A DNA stretch of 64,000 nt. It comes from a plasmid. The position numbers were made by a program, and so were the translations under genes. The first letter of the stretch is position 1, and each line of letters opens with the position of its first letter. Shown in pieces: positions 32,937 to 44,614 of this stretch. The stretch is taken from the sequence record NZ_CP039562.1; one strand, written 5' to 3'. Below the pieces are notes generated by a model. The model made no database searches and had not been told where the DNA came from. It was given only the letters and a program-made list of their open reading frames with translations.

Positions 32937-33442
32937 TCACTCACTATGATATAAAAATGGAGATGCAAAAACTAAAGGAGGTACTCTCTGTAGAGGGTGT
33001 TAATATCCCATCATTATTACAAGTCATAAAGCCGGGAACTTATGTGTTTTTATGGATTTTATTATGGCCAACTTTTCTGCGTTTAGTATCGGTTAAAAGT
33101 GATGTCAGGGATGTTGGCTTTGATATATGTGCTAGTGTAATGATGGGGTTCCTGCTTTTTGTGGCTATTACAAATGGAATGATGTTATACCTTGCGATTC
33201 CTGATAGTTTCAGAAAGGATTCAAAAATAATAAATTTTATGTATTCTAAGAGTAAGACATATATTTTGTTGTTTTTGATTGTTTTTTCTATGGTTTCGTT
33301 TATGCATTCTATCTTATATGTTTTTGCACTAATGATTACATTCATATTATTTTTCTTGGTGTATACCATAGATATAAATCGTTATAATCTCTCAGCTATT
33401 GCCTCAGTAATAGGACTGTTCAAAAAAGAGTCTGTTAGTTAA
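32933..33442 (+). CDS. traS: TraS (entry exclusion)
   Basis: 169-aa hydrophobic, AT-rich, variable gene in the traS slot. Confidence 0.6.
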   Translation: MITHYDIKMEMQKLKEVLSVEGVNIPSLLQVIKPGTYVFLWILLWPTFLRLVSVKSDVRDVGFDICASVMMGFLLFVAITNGMMLYLAIPDSFRKDSKIINFMYSKSKTYILLFLIVFSMVSFMHSILYVFALMITFILFFLVYTIDINRYNLSAIASVIGLFKKESVS

Positions 33443-33455
33443 AAGGATATTTTGG

Positions 33456-34187
33456 ATGAAAACAAAAAAATTGATGATGGTTGCACTGGTCAGTTCCACT
33501 CTGGCCCTTTCAGGGTGTGGTGCGATGAGCACAGCAATCAAGAAGCGTAACCTTGAGGTGAAGACTCAGATGAGTGAGACCATCTGGCTTGAACCCGCCA
33601 GCGAACGCACGGTATTTCTGCAGATCAAAAACACGTCTGATAAAGACATGAGTGGGCTGCAGGGCAAAATTGCTGATGCTGTGAAAGCAAAAGGATATCA
33701 GGTGGTGACTTCTCCGGATAAAGCCTACTACTGGATTCAGGCGAATGTGCTGAAGGCCGATAAGATGGATCTGCGGGAGTCTCAGGGATGGCTGAACCGT
33801 GGTTATGAGGGCGCAGCAGTTGGTGCAGCGTTAGGTGCCGGTATCACCGGATATAATTCCAGTTCTGCCGGTGCCACACTCGGTGTGGGCCTTGCTGCCG
33901 GTCTGGTGGGTATGGCTGCAGATGCGATGGTGGAAGATGTGAACTATACCATGATCACGGATGTGCAGATTGCAGAGCGTACTAAGGCAACGGTGACAAC
34001 GGATAATGTTGCCGCCCTGCGTCAGGGCACATCAGGTGCGAAAATTCAGACCAGTACTGAAACAGGTAACCAGCATAAATACCAGACCCGTGTGGTCTCA
34101 AATGCGAACAAGGTTAACCTGAAATTTGAAGAGGCGAAGCCTGTTCTCGAAGACCAGCTGGCCAAATCAATCGCAAATATTCTCTGA
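33456..34187 (+). CDS. traT: TraT (surface exclusion / serum-resistance lipoprotein)
   Basis: 243 aa with lipobox LALSGC. Confidence 0.92.
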   Translation: MKTKKLMMVALVSSTLALSGCGAMSTAIKKRNLEVKTQMSETIWLEPASERTVFLQIKNTSDKDMSGLQGKIADAVKAKGYQVVTSPDKAYYWIQANVLKADKMDLRESQGWLNRGYEGAAVGAALGAGITGYNSSSAGATLGVGLAAGLVGMAADAMVEDVNYTMITDVQIAERTKATVTTDNVAALRQGTSGAKIQTSTETGNQHKYQTRVVSNANKVNLKFEEAKPVLEDQLAKSIANIL

Positions 34188-34439
34188 TTATCTTCCGGAG
34201 GCTGGTCTGACCGGCCTCCTGACTGACGCCTCGCTTTGCTCGTTGTCCAACCCCGGAAAGAAATAAAATAAATTTTATTTCTCCCCGGCGTTTCCGAAAT
34301 AAATATGAAAACACTGAGCGGTTGTGCAAATTCTTTGTGCGACCGTGAAGTGTTGCCGGCGAAGCCGGAATTTAACGGTTATTAATCTTTTCATCATTAA
34401 TAATCAGTCCGACTGACTTTTTTTCTTCGGAATATCATC

Positions 34440-36656
34440 ATGAGTTTTAACGCAAAGGATATGACCCAGGGCGGTCAGATTGCGTCCATGCGTATCCGCA
34501 TGTTCAGCCAGATCGCCAATATCATGCTTTACTGCCTGTTTATTTTTTTCTGGATACTCGTTGGTCTGGTTTTATGGGTAAAAATAAGCTGGCAGACGTT
34601 TGTGAACGGCTGTATTTACTGGTGGTGTACCACGCTGGAAGGCATGCGGGATTTAATCAAGTCCCAGCCGGTCTATGAGATCCAGTATTACGGCAAAACC
34701 TTCCGGATGAACGCTGCTCAGGTACTGCATGATAAATATATGATCTGGTGCGGAGAGCAGCTATGGTCCGCATTCGTTCTGGCTACAGTTGTGGCACTGG
34801 TTATTTGCCTGATTACCTTCTTTGTTGTCTCCTGGATTCTGGGGCGTCAGGGTAAACAACAGAGCGAAAATGAAGTCACAGGTGGTCGTCAGCTGACGGA
34901 GAACCCGAAAGACGTTGCCCGGATGCTGAAAAAAGACGGCAAGGACTCCGATATCCGGATTGGCGACCTGCCGATTATCCGGGATTCCGAAATCCAGAAC
35001 TTCTGTCTGCACGGCACGGTCGGGGCCGGTAAGTCGGAAGTTATCCGTCGTCTGGCCAACTACGCCCGTCAGCGTGGAGATATGGTGGTGATTTATGACC
35101 GTTCAGGGGAATTTGTTAAAAGTTACTATGATCCCTCCATCGATAAAATCCTGAATCCGCTGGATGCCCGCTGTGCCGCCTGGGATTTGTGGAAGGAGTG
35201 CCTGACACAGCCGGATTTTGATAATACCGCGAACACGCTGATCCCGATGGGCACAAAAGAGGACCCGTTCTGGCAGGGTTCAGGACGTACCATTTTTGCG
35301 GAAGCGGCGTACCTGATGCGTAATGACCCCAACCGCAGCTACAGCAAACTGGTGGACACACTGCTTTCCATCAAAATCGAAAAACTGCGTACCTTCCTGC
35401 GTAATTCACCGGCGGCCAACCTGGTGGAAGAGAAAATTGAGAAAACGGCGATTTCCATCCGTGCTGTGCTGACCAACTACGTGAAAGCCATCCGTTACCT
35501 GCAGGGGATTGAGCATAACGGTGAGTCTTTTACCATCCGTGACTGGATGCGGGGTGTCCGGGAAGATCAGAAAAACGGCTGGCTGTTTATCTCGTCGAAT
35601 GCCGACACCCATGCCTCCCTGAAGCCGGTGATCTCCATGTGGCTGTCCATTGCCATTCGTGGTCTGCTGGCAATGGGAGAAAACCGTAACCGTCGTGTGT
35701 GGTTTTTCTGTGATGAGCTACCCACGTTACACAAACTGCCGGACCTGGTGGAGATCCTGCCGGAAGCCCGTAAGTTCGGTGGCTGTTATGTGTTTGGTAT
35801 CCAGTCCTATGCCCAGCTGGAAGATATCTACGGTGAGAAAGCGGCTGCCACGCTGTTTGACGTCATGAACACCCGTGCCTTTTTCCGTTCTCCCAGCCAT
35901 AAGATTGCAGAGTTCGCTGCCGGTGAGATTGGTGAGAAAGAGCACCTGAAAGCCAGCGAGCAGTACTCCTACGGTGCTGATCCGGTACGTGACGGGGTAT
36001 CGACCGGTAAGGATATGGAGCGCCAGACGCTGGTCAGTTATTCCGACATTCAGTCTCTGCCGGATTTGACCTGTTATGTCACCCTGCCCGGACCGTATCC
36101 GGCAGTAAAACTCTCACTGAAATATCAGGCACGTCCGAAGGTTGCCCCTGAGTTTATTCCGCGTGACATCAACCCGGAAATGGAGAACCGCCTGAGCGCC
36201 GTACTTGCCGCAAGGGAAGCAGAAGGTCGTCAGATGGCCAGCCTCTTCGAACCGGATGTGCCGGAGGTTGTTTCCGGAGAAGACGTGACTCAGGCTGAAC
36301 AGCCGCAACAGCCGCAACAGCCGCAACAGCCGCAACAGCCGCAACAGCCGCAACAGCCGCAACAGCCGCAACAGCCGGTGTCTCCTGCCATCAACGATAA
36401 GAAGTCAGATTCAGGTGTGAATGTTCCGGCAGGGGGGATCGAGCAGGAGCTGAAAATGAAACCGGAAGAAGAGATGGAACAGCAACTGCCACCCGGGATC
36501 AGTGAATCCGGTGAAGTGGTGGATATGGCCGCTTATGAGGCATGGCAACAGGAAAATCATCCGGACATCCAGCAGCAGATGCAGCGTCGTGAAGAGGTGA
36601 ACATTAATGTGCACCGGGAGCGCGGGGAGGATGTTGAGCCGGGAGATGATTTCTGA
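34440..36656 (+). CDS. traD: TraD (type IV coupling protein)
   Basis: 738 aa with Walker [10 protein letters not shown]-terminal (QQP)n repeats and the acidic tail EDVEPGDDF that binds TraM. Confidence 0.96.
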   Translation: MSFNAKDMTQGGQIASMRIRMFSQIANIMLYCLFIFFWILVGLVLWVKISWQTFVNGCIYWWCTTLEGMRDLIKSQPVYEIQYYGKTFRMNAAQVLHDKYMIWCGEQLWSAFVLATVVALVICLITFFVVSWILGRQGKQQSENEVTGGRQLTENPKDVARMLKKDGKDSDIRIGDLPIIRDSEIQNFCLHGTVGAGKSEVIRRLANYARQRGDMVVIYDRSGEFVKSYYDPSIDKILNPLDARCAAWDLWKECLTQPDFDNTANTLIPMGTKEDPFWQGSGRTIFAEAAYLMRNDPNRSYSKLVDTLLSIKIEKLRTFLRNSPAANLVEEKIEKTAISIRAVLTNYVKAIRYLQGIEHNGESFTIRDWMRGVREDQKNGWLFISSNADTHASLKPVISMWLSIAIRGLLAMGENRNRRVWFFCDELPTLHKLPDLVEILPEARKFGGCYVFGIQSYAQLEDIYGEKAAATLFDVMNTRAFFRSPSHKIAEFAAGEIGEKEHLKASEQYSYGADPVRDGVSTGKDMERQTLVSYSDIQSLPDLTCYVTLPGPYPAVKLSLKYQARPKVAPEFIPRDINPEMENRLSAVLAAREAEGRQMASLFEPDVPEVVSGEDVTQAEQPQQPQQPQQPQQPQQPQQPQQPQQPVSPAINDKKSDSGVNVPAGGIEQELKMKPEEEMEQQLPPGISESGEVVDMAAYEAWQQENHPDIQQQMQRREEVNINVHRERGEDVEPGDDF
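36290..36373 (+). repeat. In-frame tandem nonamer/hexamer repeat (cagccgcaa cag)n encoding (QQP)n in TraD
   Basis: cagccgcaacag repeated ~7 times, reading ...[23 protein letters not shown].... Confidence 0.85.
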
Positions 36657-39600
36657 TGATGAGTATCGCGCAGGTCAGATCGGCCGGAAGTGCCGGTAAC
36701 TATTATACCGACAAGGATAATTACTATGTGCTGGGCAGCATGGGAGAACGCTGGGCCGGCAGGGGGGCTGAACAGCTGGGACTGCAGGGCAGTGTCGATA
36801 AGGATGTTTTTACCCGTCTTCTGGAGGGCAGGCTGCCGGACGGAGCGGATCTAAGCCGCATGCAGGATGGCAGTAACAGGCATCGTCCCGGCTACGATCT
36901 GACCTTCTCCGCCCCCAAAAGTGTCTCCATGATGGCCATGTTAGGTGGCGATAAGCGCCTGATTGATGCACATAACCAGGCCGTGGACTTTGCTGTTCGT
37001 CAGGTGGAGGCGCTGGCCTCCACACGGGTGATGACGGACGGACAGTCAGAAACGGTGCTGACCGGTAATCTGGTGATGGCACTGTTTAACCACGACACCA
37101 GTCGCGATCAGGAACCACAGTTACACACGCATGCGGTGGTGGCCAATGTCACGCAGCATAACGGCGAATGGAAGACACTGAGCAGTGACAAAGTGGGGAA
37201 AACGGGGTTCATTGAGAATGTGTACGCTAATCAGATTGCCTTTGGCAGGCTCTACCGGGAAAAACTGAAAGAGCAGGTTGAGGCGCTGGGCTATGAAACC
37301 GAAGTGGTGGGTAAGCACGGTATGTGGGAGATGCCGGGCGTACCGGTGGAGGCCTTTTCCGGACGCTCACAGGCAATCCGGGAGGCCGTCGGGGAAGATG
37401 CCTCGCTGAAATCCCGGGATGTGGCGGCACTGGATACGCGAAAATCCAAACAGCACGTCGATCCTGAAGTCAGAATGGCTGAATGGATGCAGACGCTGAA
37501 GGAAACCGGGTTCGACATCCGGGCATATCGTGACGCGGCGGATCAGCGTGCGGAGACCCGCACGCAGGCGCCCGGGGCTGTTTCACAGGAGGGGCCGGAT
37601 GTGCAGCAGGCGGTGACACAGGCCATTGCCGGATTAAGTGAACGAAAAGTGCAGTTTACGTACACGGACGTGCTGGCCAGAACGGTCGGCATACTGCCGC
37701 CGGAAAATGGTGTGATTGAGCGGGCCCGCGCCGGTATCGATGAGGCCATCAGCCGTGAGCAGCTCATTCCCCTCGATCGTGAGAAGGGGCTGTTCACGTC
37801 CGGGATTCATGTGCTCGATGAGCTGTCAGTCCGGGCACTCAGTCGTGACATCATGAAACAGAACCGGGTGACCGTACATCCGGAGAAAAGTGTCCCCCGG
37901 ACGGCTGGTTACAGCGATGCGGTCAGTGTTCTGGCACAGGACCGTCCGTCGCTGGCCATTGTGTCCGGGCAGGGCGGTGCAGCCGGGCAGCGTGAGCGGG
38001 TGGCTGAACTGGTCATGATGGTCCGGGAGCAGGGGCGGGAGGTGCAGATTATCGCTGCTGACCGTCGCTCGCAGATGAACCTGAAGCAGGATGAACGGCT
38101 GTCCGGTGAGCTGATAACCGGACGTCGTCAGCTGCTGGAAGGCATGGCCTTCACGCCGGGCAGCACTGTTATCGTTGACCAGGGCGAAAAACTCTCCCTG
38201 AAAGAGACGTTAACCCTGCTGGACGGTGCCGCACGTCATAACGTACAGGTCCTGATAACCGACAGCGGGCAGCGAACCGGTACAGGCAGTGCGCTGATGG
38301 CCATGAAGGATGCCGGGGTGAACACATATCGCTGGCAGGGGGGAGAACAGCGACCGGCCACCATCATCAGTGAACCGGACCGTAATGTCCGCTATGCCCG
38401 GCTGGCCGGAGATTTTGCGGCCAGCGTGAAAGCCGGAGAAGAGAGCGTGGCACAGGTCAGCGGAGTACGGGAACAGGCCATACTGACACAGGCCATTCGC
38501 AGTGAGCTGAAAACACAGGGCGTGCTCGGACACCAGGAGGTGACCATGACGGCACTGTCACCGGTCTGGCTGGACAGCCGGAGCCGTTATCTGCGGGATA
38601 TGTACCGTCCGGGGATGGTGATGGAGCAGTGGAACCCGGAGACACGCAGTCATGACCGCTATGTTATCGACCGGGTGACGGCGCAGAGTCACAGCCTGAC
38701 CCTGCGGGATGCGCAGGGTGAAACGCAGGTGGTGCGTATTTCCTCCCTGGACAGCAGCTGGTCGCTGTTCCGGCCGGAAAAAATGCCGGTGGCAGACGGC
38801 GAGCGACTGAGGGTGACAGGGAAAATTTCCGGACTCCGCGTCTCCGGCGGTGACCGCCTGCAGGTGGCATCCGTCAGTGAAGATGCGATGACGGTTGTTG
38901 TGCCGGGGCGGGCTGAACCGGCCTCCCTGCCTGTGAGCGATTCACCATTCACGGCACTGAAGCTGGAGAACGGCTGGGTGGAAACGCCCGGGCATTCCGT
39001 CAGCGACAGTGCGAAGGTTTTTGCCTCCGTCACACAGATGGCAATGGACAACGCCACCCTGAACGGTCTGGCCCGCAGCGGTCGTGATGTCCGGCTGTAT
39101 TCCTCACTGGATGAAACCCGTACTGCGGAAAAACTTGCCCGCCATCCCTCCTTTACGGTGGTTTCTGAGCAGATAAAGGCGCGTGCCGGTGAGACATTGC
39201 TGGAAACCGCTATCAGTCTGCAGAAAACCGGGCTTCACACGCCGGCACAGCAGGCTATTCATCTGGCGCTTCCTGTGGTGGAAAGTAAAAACCTGGCCTT
39301 CAGCATGGTGGACCTGCTGACAGAGGCGAAGTCGTTTGCTGCAGAAGGAACCAGTTTTACTGAACTGGGAGGGGAAATCAATGCGCAGATAAAACGCGGT
39401 GATTTACTGTATGTGGATGTGGCAAAAGGCTATGGCACAGGCCTGCTGGTTTCCCGTGCGTCGTATGAGGCAGAAAAGAGCATTCTTCGCCATATTCTCG
39501 AAGGTAAGGAGGCGGTCACGCCACTGATGGAGAGAGTACCTGGCGAACTCATGGAGAAACTGACATCAGGACAGCGTGCCGCTACCCGCATGATACTGGA

Positions 39601-41926
39601 AACGTCCGACCGTTTCACGGTGGTGCAGGGCTATGCCGGTGTGGGTAAGACCACACAGTTCCGGGCGGTGATGTCAGCCGTGAACATGCTGCCGGAGAGT
39701 GAACGTCCCCGTGTCGTGGGGCTGGGGCCCACGCACCGTGCGGTCGGTGAGATGCGCAGCGCCGGCGTGGATGCACAGACGCTGGCGTCCTTTCTGCATG
39801 ACACGCAGCTGCTGCAGCGCAGCGGAGAAACGCCGAATTTCAGCAACACGCTGTTCCTGCTCGATGAGAGCTCTATGGTGGGCAATACCGACATGGCACG
39901 GGCATACGCCCTGATTGCGGCCGGTGGCGGTCGTGCCGTGGCCAGTGGTGACACGGACCAGTTGCAGGCCATCGCGCCCGGTCAGCCTTTCCGTCTCCAG
40001 CAGACGCGCAGTGCTGCCGATGTGGCCATCATGAAGGAGATTGTGCGCCAGACGCCGGAGCTGCGGGAGGCGGTATACAGCCTGATTAACCGGGATGTGG
40101 AAAGGGCACTGTCCGGGCTTGAGAGTGTGAAACCGTCTCAGGTGCCACGTCTGGAGGGCGCATGGGCACCGGAGCACTCCGTGACGGAGTTCAGTCACAG
40201 CCAGGAAGCGAAACTGGCAGAAGCGCAGCAGAAGGCGATGCAGAAAGGCGAGGCTTTCCCTGATGTCCCCATGACACTGTATGAAGCCATTGTCCGCGAC
40301 TATACCGGCAGAACACCGGAAGCACGGGAGCAGACGCTGATTGTCACGCACCTGAATGAGGACCGGCGCGTGCTGAACAGCATGATTCATGATGCACGGG
40401 AAAAGGCCGGTGAGCTGGGAAAAGAGCAGGTCATGGTGCCTGTCCTGAACACAGCGAATATACGCGACGGGGAGCTGCGTCGTCTCTCCACCTGGGAGAC
40501 ACATCGGGACGCACTTGCCCTGGTGGATAATGTGTATCACCGGATTGCCGGTATCAGCAAGGATGACGGGCTGATAACCCTGCAGGATGCGGAAGGTAAC
40601 ACGCGGCTGATTTCGCCCCGGGAGGCGGTGGCTGAAGGCGTCACACTGTACACTCCGGACACCATCCGGGTGGGAACCGGTGACCGGATGCGCTTCACGA
40701 AGAGTGACCGGGAGCGCGGTTATGTGGCCAACAGCGTCTGGACGGTGACAGCGGTTTCCGGTGACAGTGTCACGCTGTCGGACGGACAGCAGACCCGGGT
40801 GATTCGCCCCGGTCAGGAGCGGGCAGAGCAACATATTGGCCTGGCCTATGCCATCACCGCCCACGGTGCGCAGGGGGCAAGTGAAACCTTTGCCATTGCG
40901 CTTGAAGGCACGGAAGGTAACCGGAAACAGATGGCCGGCTTTGAGTCAGCCTACGTGGCCCTGTCGCGTATGAAGCAGCATGTGCAGGTGTATACCGATA
41001 ACCGTCAGGGCTGGACGGATGCCATTAACAATGCCGTACAGAAAGGAACTGCCCACGATGTGCTAGAGCCGAAATCGGACCGGGAGGTCATGAATGCAGA
41101 GCGGCTGTTCAGTACGGCGCGGGAGCTGCGGGACGTGGTGGCCGGCCGTGCCGTTCTCCGTCAGGCAGGGCTGGCCGGGGGAGACAGTCCTGCACGGTTT
41201 ATTGCACCCGGGCGCAAATATCCGCAGCCGTATGTGGCACTGCCGGCTTTTGACCGTAACGGCAAGTCAGCTGGTATCTGGCTGAACCCGCTGACCACGG
41301 ATGACGGAAACGGGCTGCGGGGCTTCAGTGGTGAAGGCCGGGTGAAAGGCAGCGGGGATGCGCAGTTCGTGGCCCTGCAGGGCAGCCGTAACGGAGAGAG
41401 CCTGCTGGCTGATAATATGCAGGATGGTGTCCGGATTGCCCGTGATAATCCTGACAGCGGTGTGGTGGTAAGAATCGCCGGTGAAGGTCGTCCGTGGAAT
41501 CCCGGTACCATCACCGGTGGTCGCGTGTGGGGGGATATCCCGGACAACAGCGTTCAGCCGGGAGCCGGAAATGGCGAACCGGTCACGGCAGAGGTACTGG
41601 CACAGCGGCAGGCTGAAGAGGCCATCCGCCGTGAAACGGAACGCCGTGCGGATGAAATTGTCCGTAAAATGGCAGAGAACAAACCTGACCTGCCGGACGG
41701 CAAAACAGAGCAGGCTGTCAGGGATATTGCCGGGCTGGAGCGTGACCGGTCTGCCATATCTGAACGGGAAGCCGCGCTGCCGGAGAGTGTACTGCGTGAA
41801 CCACAACGGGTGCGGGAAGCGGTCCGGGAGGTTGCCCGGGAAAATCTGCTGCAGGAGCGACTGCAGCAGATGGAGCGGGATATGGTTCGTGACCTGCAGA
41901 AAGAGAAAACCCTGGGCGGAGACTGA
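36656..41926 (+). CDS. traI: TraI relaxase/helicase
   Basis: 1756 aa, exactly the F TraI length. N-terminal relaxase (YY motif ...GNYYTDKDNYY), tandem helicase domains and C-terminal tail. Confidence 0.97.
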   Translation: MMSIAQVRSAGSAGNYYTDKDNYYVLGSMGERWAGRGAEQLGLQGSVDKDVFTRLLEGRLPDGADLSRMQDGSNRHRPGYDLTFSAPKSVSMMAMLGGDKRLIDAHNQAVDFAVRQVEALASTRVMTDGQSETVLTGNLVMALFNHDTSRDQEPQLHTHAVVANVTQHNGEWKTLSSDKVGKTGFIENVYANQIAFGRLYREKLKEQVEALGYETEVVGKHGMWEMPGVPVEAFSGRSQAIREAVGEDASLKSRDVAALDTRKSKQHVDPEVRMAEWMQTLKETGFDIRAYRDAADQRAETRTQAPGAVSQEGPDVQQAVTQAIAGLSERKVQFTYTDVLARTVGILPPENGVIERARAGIDEAISREQLIPLDREKGLFTSGIHVLDELSVRALSRDIMKQNRVTVHPEKSVPRTAGYSDAVSVLAQDRPSLAIVSGQGGAAGQRERVAELVMMVREQGREVQIIAADRRSQMNLKQDERLSGELITGRRQLLEGMAFTPGSTVIVDQGEKLSLKETLTLLDGAARHNVQVLITDSGQRTGTGSALMAMKDAGVNTYRWQGGEQRPATIISEPDRNVRYARLAGDFAASVKAGEESVAQVSGVREQAILTQAIRSELKTQGVLGHQEVTMTALSPVWLDSRSRYLRDMYRPGMVMEQWNPETRSHDRYVIDRVTAQSHSLTLRDAQGETQVVRISSLDSSWSLFRPEKMPVADGERLRVTGKISGLRVSGGDRLQVASVSEDAMTVVVPGRAEPASLPVSDSPFTALKLENGWVETPGHSVSDSAKVFASVTQMAMDNATLNGLARSGRDVRLYSSLDETRTAEKLARHPSFTVVSEQIKARAGETLLETAISLQKTGLHTPAQQAIHLALPVVESKNLAFSMVDLLTEAKSFAAEGTSFTELGGEINAQIKRGDLLYVDVAKGYGTGLLVSRASYEAEKSILRHILEGKEAVTPLMERVPGELMEKLTSGQRAATRMILETSDRFTVVQGYAGVGKTTQFRAVMSAVNMLPESERPRVVGLGPTHRAVGEMRSAGVDAQTLASFLHDTQLLQRSGETPNFSNTLFLLDESSMVGNTDMARAYALIAAGGGRAVASGDTDQLQAIAPGQPFRLQQTRSAADVAIMKEIVRQTPELREAVYSLINRDVERALSGLESVKPSQVPRLEGAWAPEHSVTEFSHSQEAKLAEAQQKAMQKGEAFPDVPMTLYEAIVRDYTGRTPEAREQTLIVTHLNEDRRVLNSMIHDAREKAGELGKEQVMVPVLNTANIRDGELRRLSTWETHRDALALVDNVYHRIAGISKDDGLITLQDAEGNTRLISPREAVAEGVTLYTPDTIRVGTGDRMRFTKSDRERGYVANSVWTVTAVSGDSVTLSDGQQTRVIRPGQERAEQHIGLAYAITAHGAQGASETFAIALEGTEGNRKQMAGFESAYVALSRMKQHVQVYTDNRQGWTDAINNAVQKGTAHDVLEPKSDREVMNAERLFSTARELRDVVAGRAVLRQAGLAGGDSPARFIAPGRKYPQPYVALPAFDRNGKSAGIWLNPLTTDDGNGLRGFSGEGRVKGSGDAQFVALQGSRNGESLLADNMQDGVRIARDNPDSGVVVRIAGEGRPWNPGTITGGRVWGDIPDNSVQPGAGNGEPVTAEVLAQRQAEEAIRRETERRADEIVRKMAENKPDLPDGKTEQAVRDIAGLERDRSAISEREAALPESVLREPQRVREAVREVARENLLQERLQQMERDMVRDLQKEKTLGGD

Positions 41927-41945
41927 CACAGGAAGATAAACGCTG

Positions 41946-42692
41946 ATGACAACGGATAACACGAACACAACACGTAATGATTCACTGGCTGCCCGGACCG
42001 ATACCTGGTTGCAGTCGTTGCTGGTCTGGTCACCCGGACAGCGGGATATCATCAAAACGGTGGCACTGGTGCTGATGGTTCTGGACCATGCAAACCGCAT
42101 TCTGCATCTGGACCAGTCGTGGATGTTTCTGGTCGGGCGTGGGGCCTTTCCGCTGTTTGCCCTGGTGTGGGGGCTGAATCTGTCCCGTCATACGCATATC
42201 CGGCAGGAGGCCATTAACCGGCTGTGGGGATGGGCGGTGATTGCCCAGTTCGCATATTATCTGGCCGGCTTTCCCTGGTATGAGGGGAATATCCTGTTTG
42301 CCTTTGCAGTTGCGGCACAGGTGCTGACATGGTGTGAAACGCGCACCTGGTGGCGTTCCGCAGAGACCATGTTGCTTCTGGCAATGTGGTTGCCTTTCTC
42401 CGGCACCAGTTACGGCATTGCCGGGCTGCTGATGCTGGCAGTCAGCCACCGGCTGTACCGGGCGGAAGACAGAGCGGAACGTCTGGCGCTGGTCGCCTGC
42501 CTGCTGGCTGTTATTCCGGCGCTTAACCTTGCCACCAGTGATGCAGCGGCGGTGGCCGGTCTTGTGATGACGGTGCTGACCGTTGGTCTGGTGTCGTGTG
42601 CAGGAAAATCATTACCCCGTTTCTGGCCCGGGGATTTTTTCCCGGTATTCTACGCCTGTCATCTGGCTGTGCTGGGCGTTCTGGCGCTGTGA
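41946..42692 (+). CDS. traX: TraX (F-pilin N-acetylase)
   Basis: 248-aa polytopic membrane protein. Confidence 0.85.
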   Translation: MTTDNTNTTRNDSLAARTDTWLQSLLVWSPGQRDIIKTVALVLMVLDHANRILHLDQSWMFLVGRGAFPLFALVWGLNLSRHTHIRQEAINRLWGWAVIAQFAYYLAGFPWYEGNILFAFAVAAQVLTWCETRTWWRSAETMLLLAMWLPFSGTSYGIAGLLMLAVSHRLYRAEDRAERLALVACLLAVIPALNLATSDAAAVAGLVMTVLTVGLVSCAGKSLPRFWPGDFFPVFYACHLAVLGVLAL

Positions 42693-42746
42693 CGGGTGTG
42701 GTATCTTTGACCGTAACAGGATGATTCGTCAGAGGCAGAACACAGC

Positions 42747-43307
42747 ATGACAGAGCAGAAGCGACCGGTACTGACACTGAAGCGGAAAACGGAAGGGGAG
42801 ACGCCTGTCCGCAGCCGGAAAACCATCATCAATGTCACCACGCCACCAAAGTGGAAGGTGAAAAAGCAGAAGCTGGCCGAGAAAGCAGCCCGGGAAGCAG
42901 AGCTGGCGGCAAAAAAAGCGCAGGCCAGACAGGCGCTGTCCATTTATCTGAACCTGCCCACACTGGATGAGGCCGTGAACACCCTGAAGCCCTGGTGGCC
43001 GGGATTGTTTGACGGTGACACGCCCCGGCTTCTGGCCTGCGGTATCCGGGACGTGTTACTGGAAGACGTGGCGCAGCGGAATATCCCGCTCTCGCATAAA
43101 AAACTGCGCCGGGCGCTGAAGGCCATCACCCGTTCAGAAAGCTATCTGTGTGCCATGAAAGCCGGTGCCTGCCGGTATGACACGGAAGGGTATGTGACGG
43201 AGCATATTTCTCAGGAGGAGGAAGCGTATGCGGCAGCGCGTCTGGATAAAATCCGCCGCCAGAACCGGATAAAGGCAGAACTTCAGGCCGTGCTTGATGA
43301 GAAATAA
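42747..43307 (+). CDS. finO: FinO (RNA chaperone, fertility inhibition), intact
   Basis: 186 aa, [18 protein letters not shown]..., uninterrupted (unlike F itself). Confidence 0.9.
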   Translation: MTEQKRPVLTLKRKTEGETPVRSRKTIINVTTPPKWKVKKQKLAEKAAREAELAAKKAQARQALSIYLNLPTLDEAVNTLKPWWPGLFDGDTPRLLACGIRDVLLEDVAQRNIPLSHKKLRRALKAITRSESYLCAMKAGACRYDTEGYVTEHISQEEEAYAAARLDKIRRQNRIKAELQAVLDEK

Positions 43308-43310
43308 AAA

Positions 43311-43335
43311 AAAGCCTCCCTCAGGGAGGGGAGGC
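43311..43335. terminator. Hairpin after finO
   Basis: gcctccc-tca-gggaggg, preceded by an A-run. Confidence 0.45.
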
Positions 43336-43384
43336 AGGGAAATAAGGCTTAAAAGGAAATAACTTCCGTACCCGAAAGAAAGCC

Positions 43385-43700
43385 ATTCCACTGAACTATT
43401 TATCACAATAATACTGACAACTAAAGGGGGAAGGAAAATGAACGGAACAGGGCGTGATTCGCAAAACTCCGGGGTATGGCGCTACCGGCAGGTCGGATGC
43501 CGGGCTGTCCGGCTGGAAGTCAGGGGGGGACTGGCCGGGAGCCGCTGAGGCATGGCTACGGGCTGCGCAGTCTGCTCCCCGGACAGACTGGCAACAGTTT
43601 GCACAACAGCGGGCTGAACGGTGCCGGAGGCGCTGCCGGGGAAAGGTGTAACGAAAAAACAGCCTTCGTTGCTCCAGGGAACCGGAAGGCTGAAGTATGC
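43385..43700 (+). repeat. Repeated ~300-bp module, copy 1 (conserved leader + SD + short ORF + 3' hairpin)
   Basis: Shares with 45200-45545 the strings tatcacaataatactgacaactaaaggggg...aaaatgaa, ccccggacagactggcarcagtttgc, ggtgtaacgaaaaarcagccttc...gaaggctgaa.atgcatgagattt. Confidence 0.6.
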
Positions 43701-43936
43701 ATGAGATTTTTCTTTTTTATATCTGGCCTGGCAGTATGACCAGTCAGCATTCATTATCACAGGATTATTGCTGTATTAAGTAATAGCGTGCTGTTTTGTG
43801 ATTGATTTCATAAAACAAGACGTCGTTTAATATACGCCTGAATATTCACGAGGGAAGTCTTTCTTTTTATATGGTGTTCCCGGAAATAAAATATTTTGTG
43901 TTATTGCTCACCCGGTTATGAATAAAAGGTAAAAAC

Positions 43937-44614
43937 ATGGAAGAAAATAATACGAGTACAGATAAAAACACCCTGACAGCCCTTATTGATTATGAAAACT
44001 GTGGCAGCCTGAAAAATATTTCCCTTGAGCAGTATGGGGAACTGATTATTTTTGTCGGGCCACAGCAGAACGTCGTTGTTCTTCCTGCAGACTCTTTTCC
44101 TGAAGGTGCGAGAATCACTATCAGGCAGGTGAGTGGTGTGTCCAGGAATAATGTCGATTTTCATCTTGTTCTGGAGCTGGGGCGGATAAGCTGTTGTGCA
44201 GCAGGGAAAGATAAAACATACCACATCATTTCATCGGATAAGGGATATGACGGTGTTATCAGGACGCTGAAAGAAGCCGGTATTACCTGCATCCGTCGTG
44301 ATGTACCAGAAAGTATTGCTGCTGCCGGTGAGTCTGGTGCAGACAAAAGTAACTGCCTGAAACAACCTTCTGTTCCTGAAAGTGATATCGTCAGCCGTTG
44401 GGCAGGAAAGCTGCAGCAGATAGCCGGCAGCGGAGCCGGTAATATGCCTGTGTCCGTCGAAACATTTAATAATTATTTAAAGTCACACATGCGTGACGAA
44501 TGGAACAAAACCCGGGCAGTGGCGATAAGGAATGAACTGGTTCGTCGGGGAGTCACAGAAGTCAGGGAGAAAAAGATAATCTGGAAAAAGGCGAAAAAGG
44601 AGAATAAAGCATGA
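43937..44614 (+). CDS. NYN/LabA-like (PIN-fold) domain protein, putative RNase
   Basis: N-terminal LIDYENCG...IIFVGPQQ...HIISSDKGYDGVIRTL fits the NYN motif pattern (D-x-E-N ... S-D-x-D). Basic C-terminal extension. Confidence 0.45.
   Translation: MEENNTSTDKNTLTALIDYENCGSLKNISLEQYGELIIFVGPQQNVVVLPADSFPEGARITIRQVSGVSRNNVDFHLVLELGRISCCAAGKDKTYHIISSDKGYDGVIRTLKEAGITCIRRDVPESIAAAGESGADKSNCLKQPSVPESDIVSRWAGKLQQIAGSGAGNMPVSVETFNNYLKSHMRDEWNKTRAVAIRNELVRRGVTEVREKKIIWKKAKKENKA

Noticed and set aside
39674-40864. 396-aa ORF antisense to traI (and similar long antisense ORFs opposite traB, traU, traC, traD, urf2, tniA)
   Set aside because: Antisense to well-supported genes in high-GC sequence, with no RBS and an Arg/His/Gly-rich composition. 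Spurious.
43454-43739. Two overlapping 65-aa and 87-aa + strand ORFs in repeat-module copy 1 (and 84 aa at 45272-45526 in copy 2)
   Set aside because: Not rejected as a region. I kept the module as a finding, but the long track ORFs are in a frame that is not conserved between the copies. Only the short C-terminal frame is conserved, so I did not call the long ORFs as CDS.
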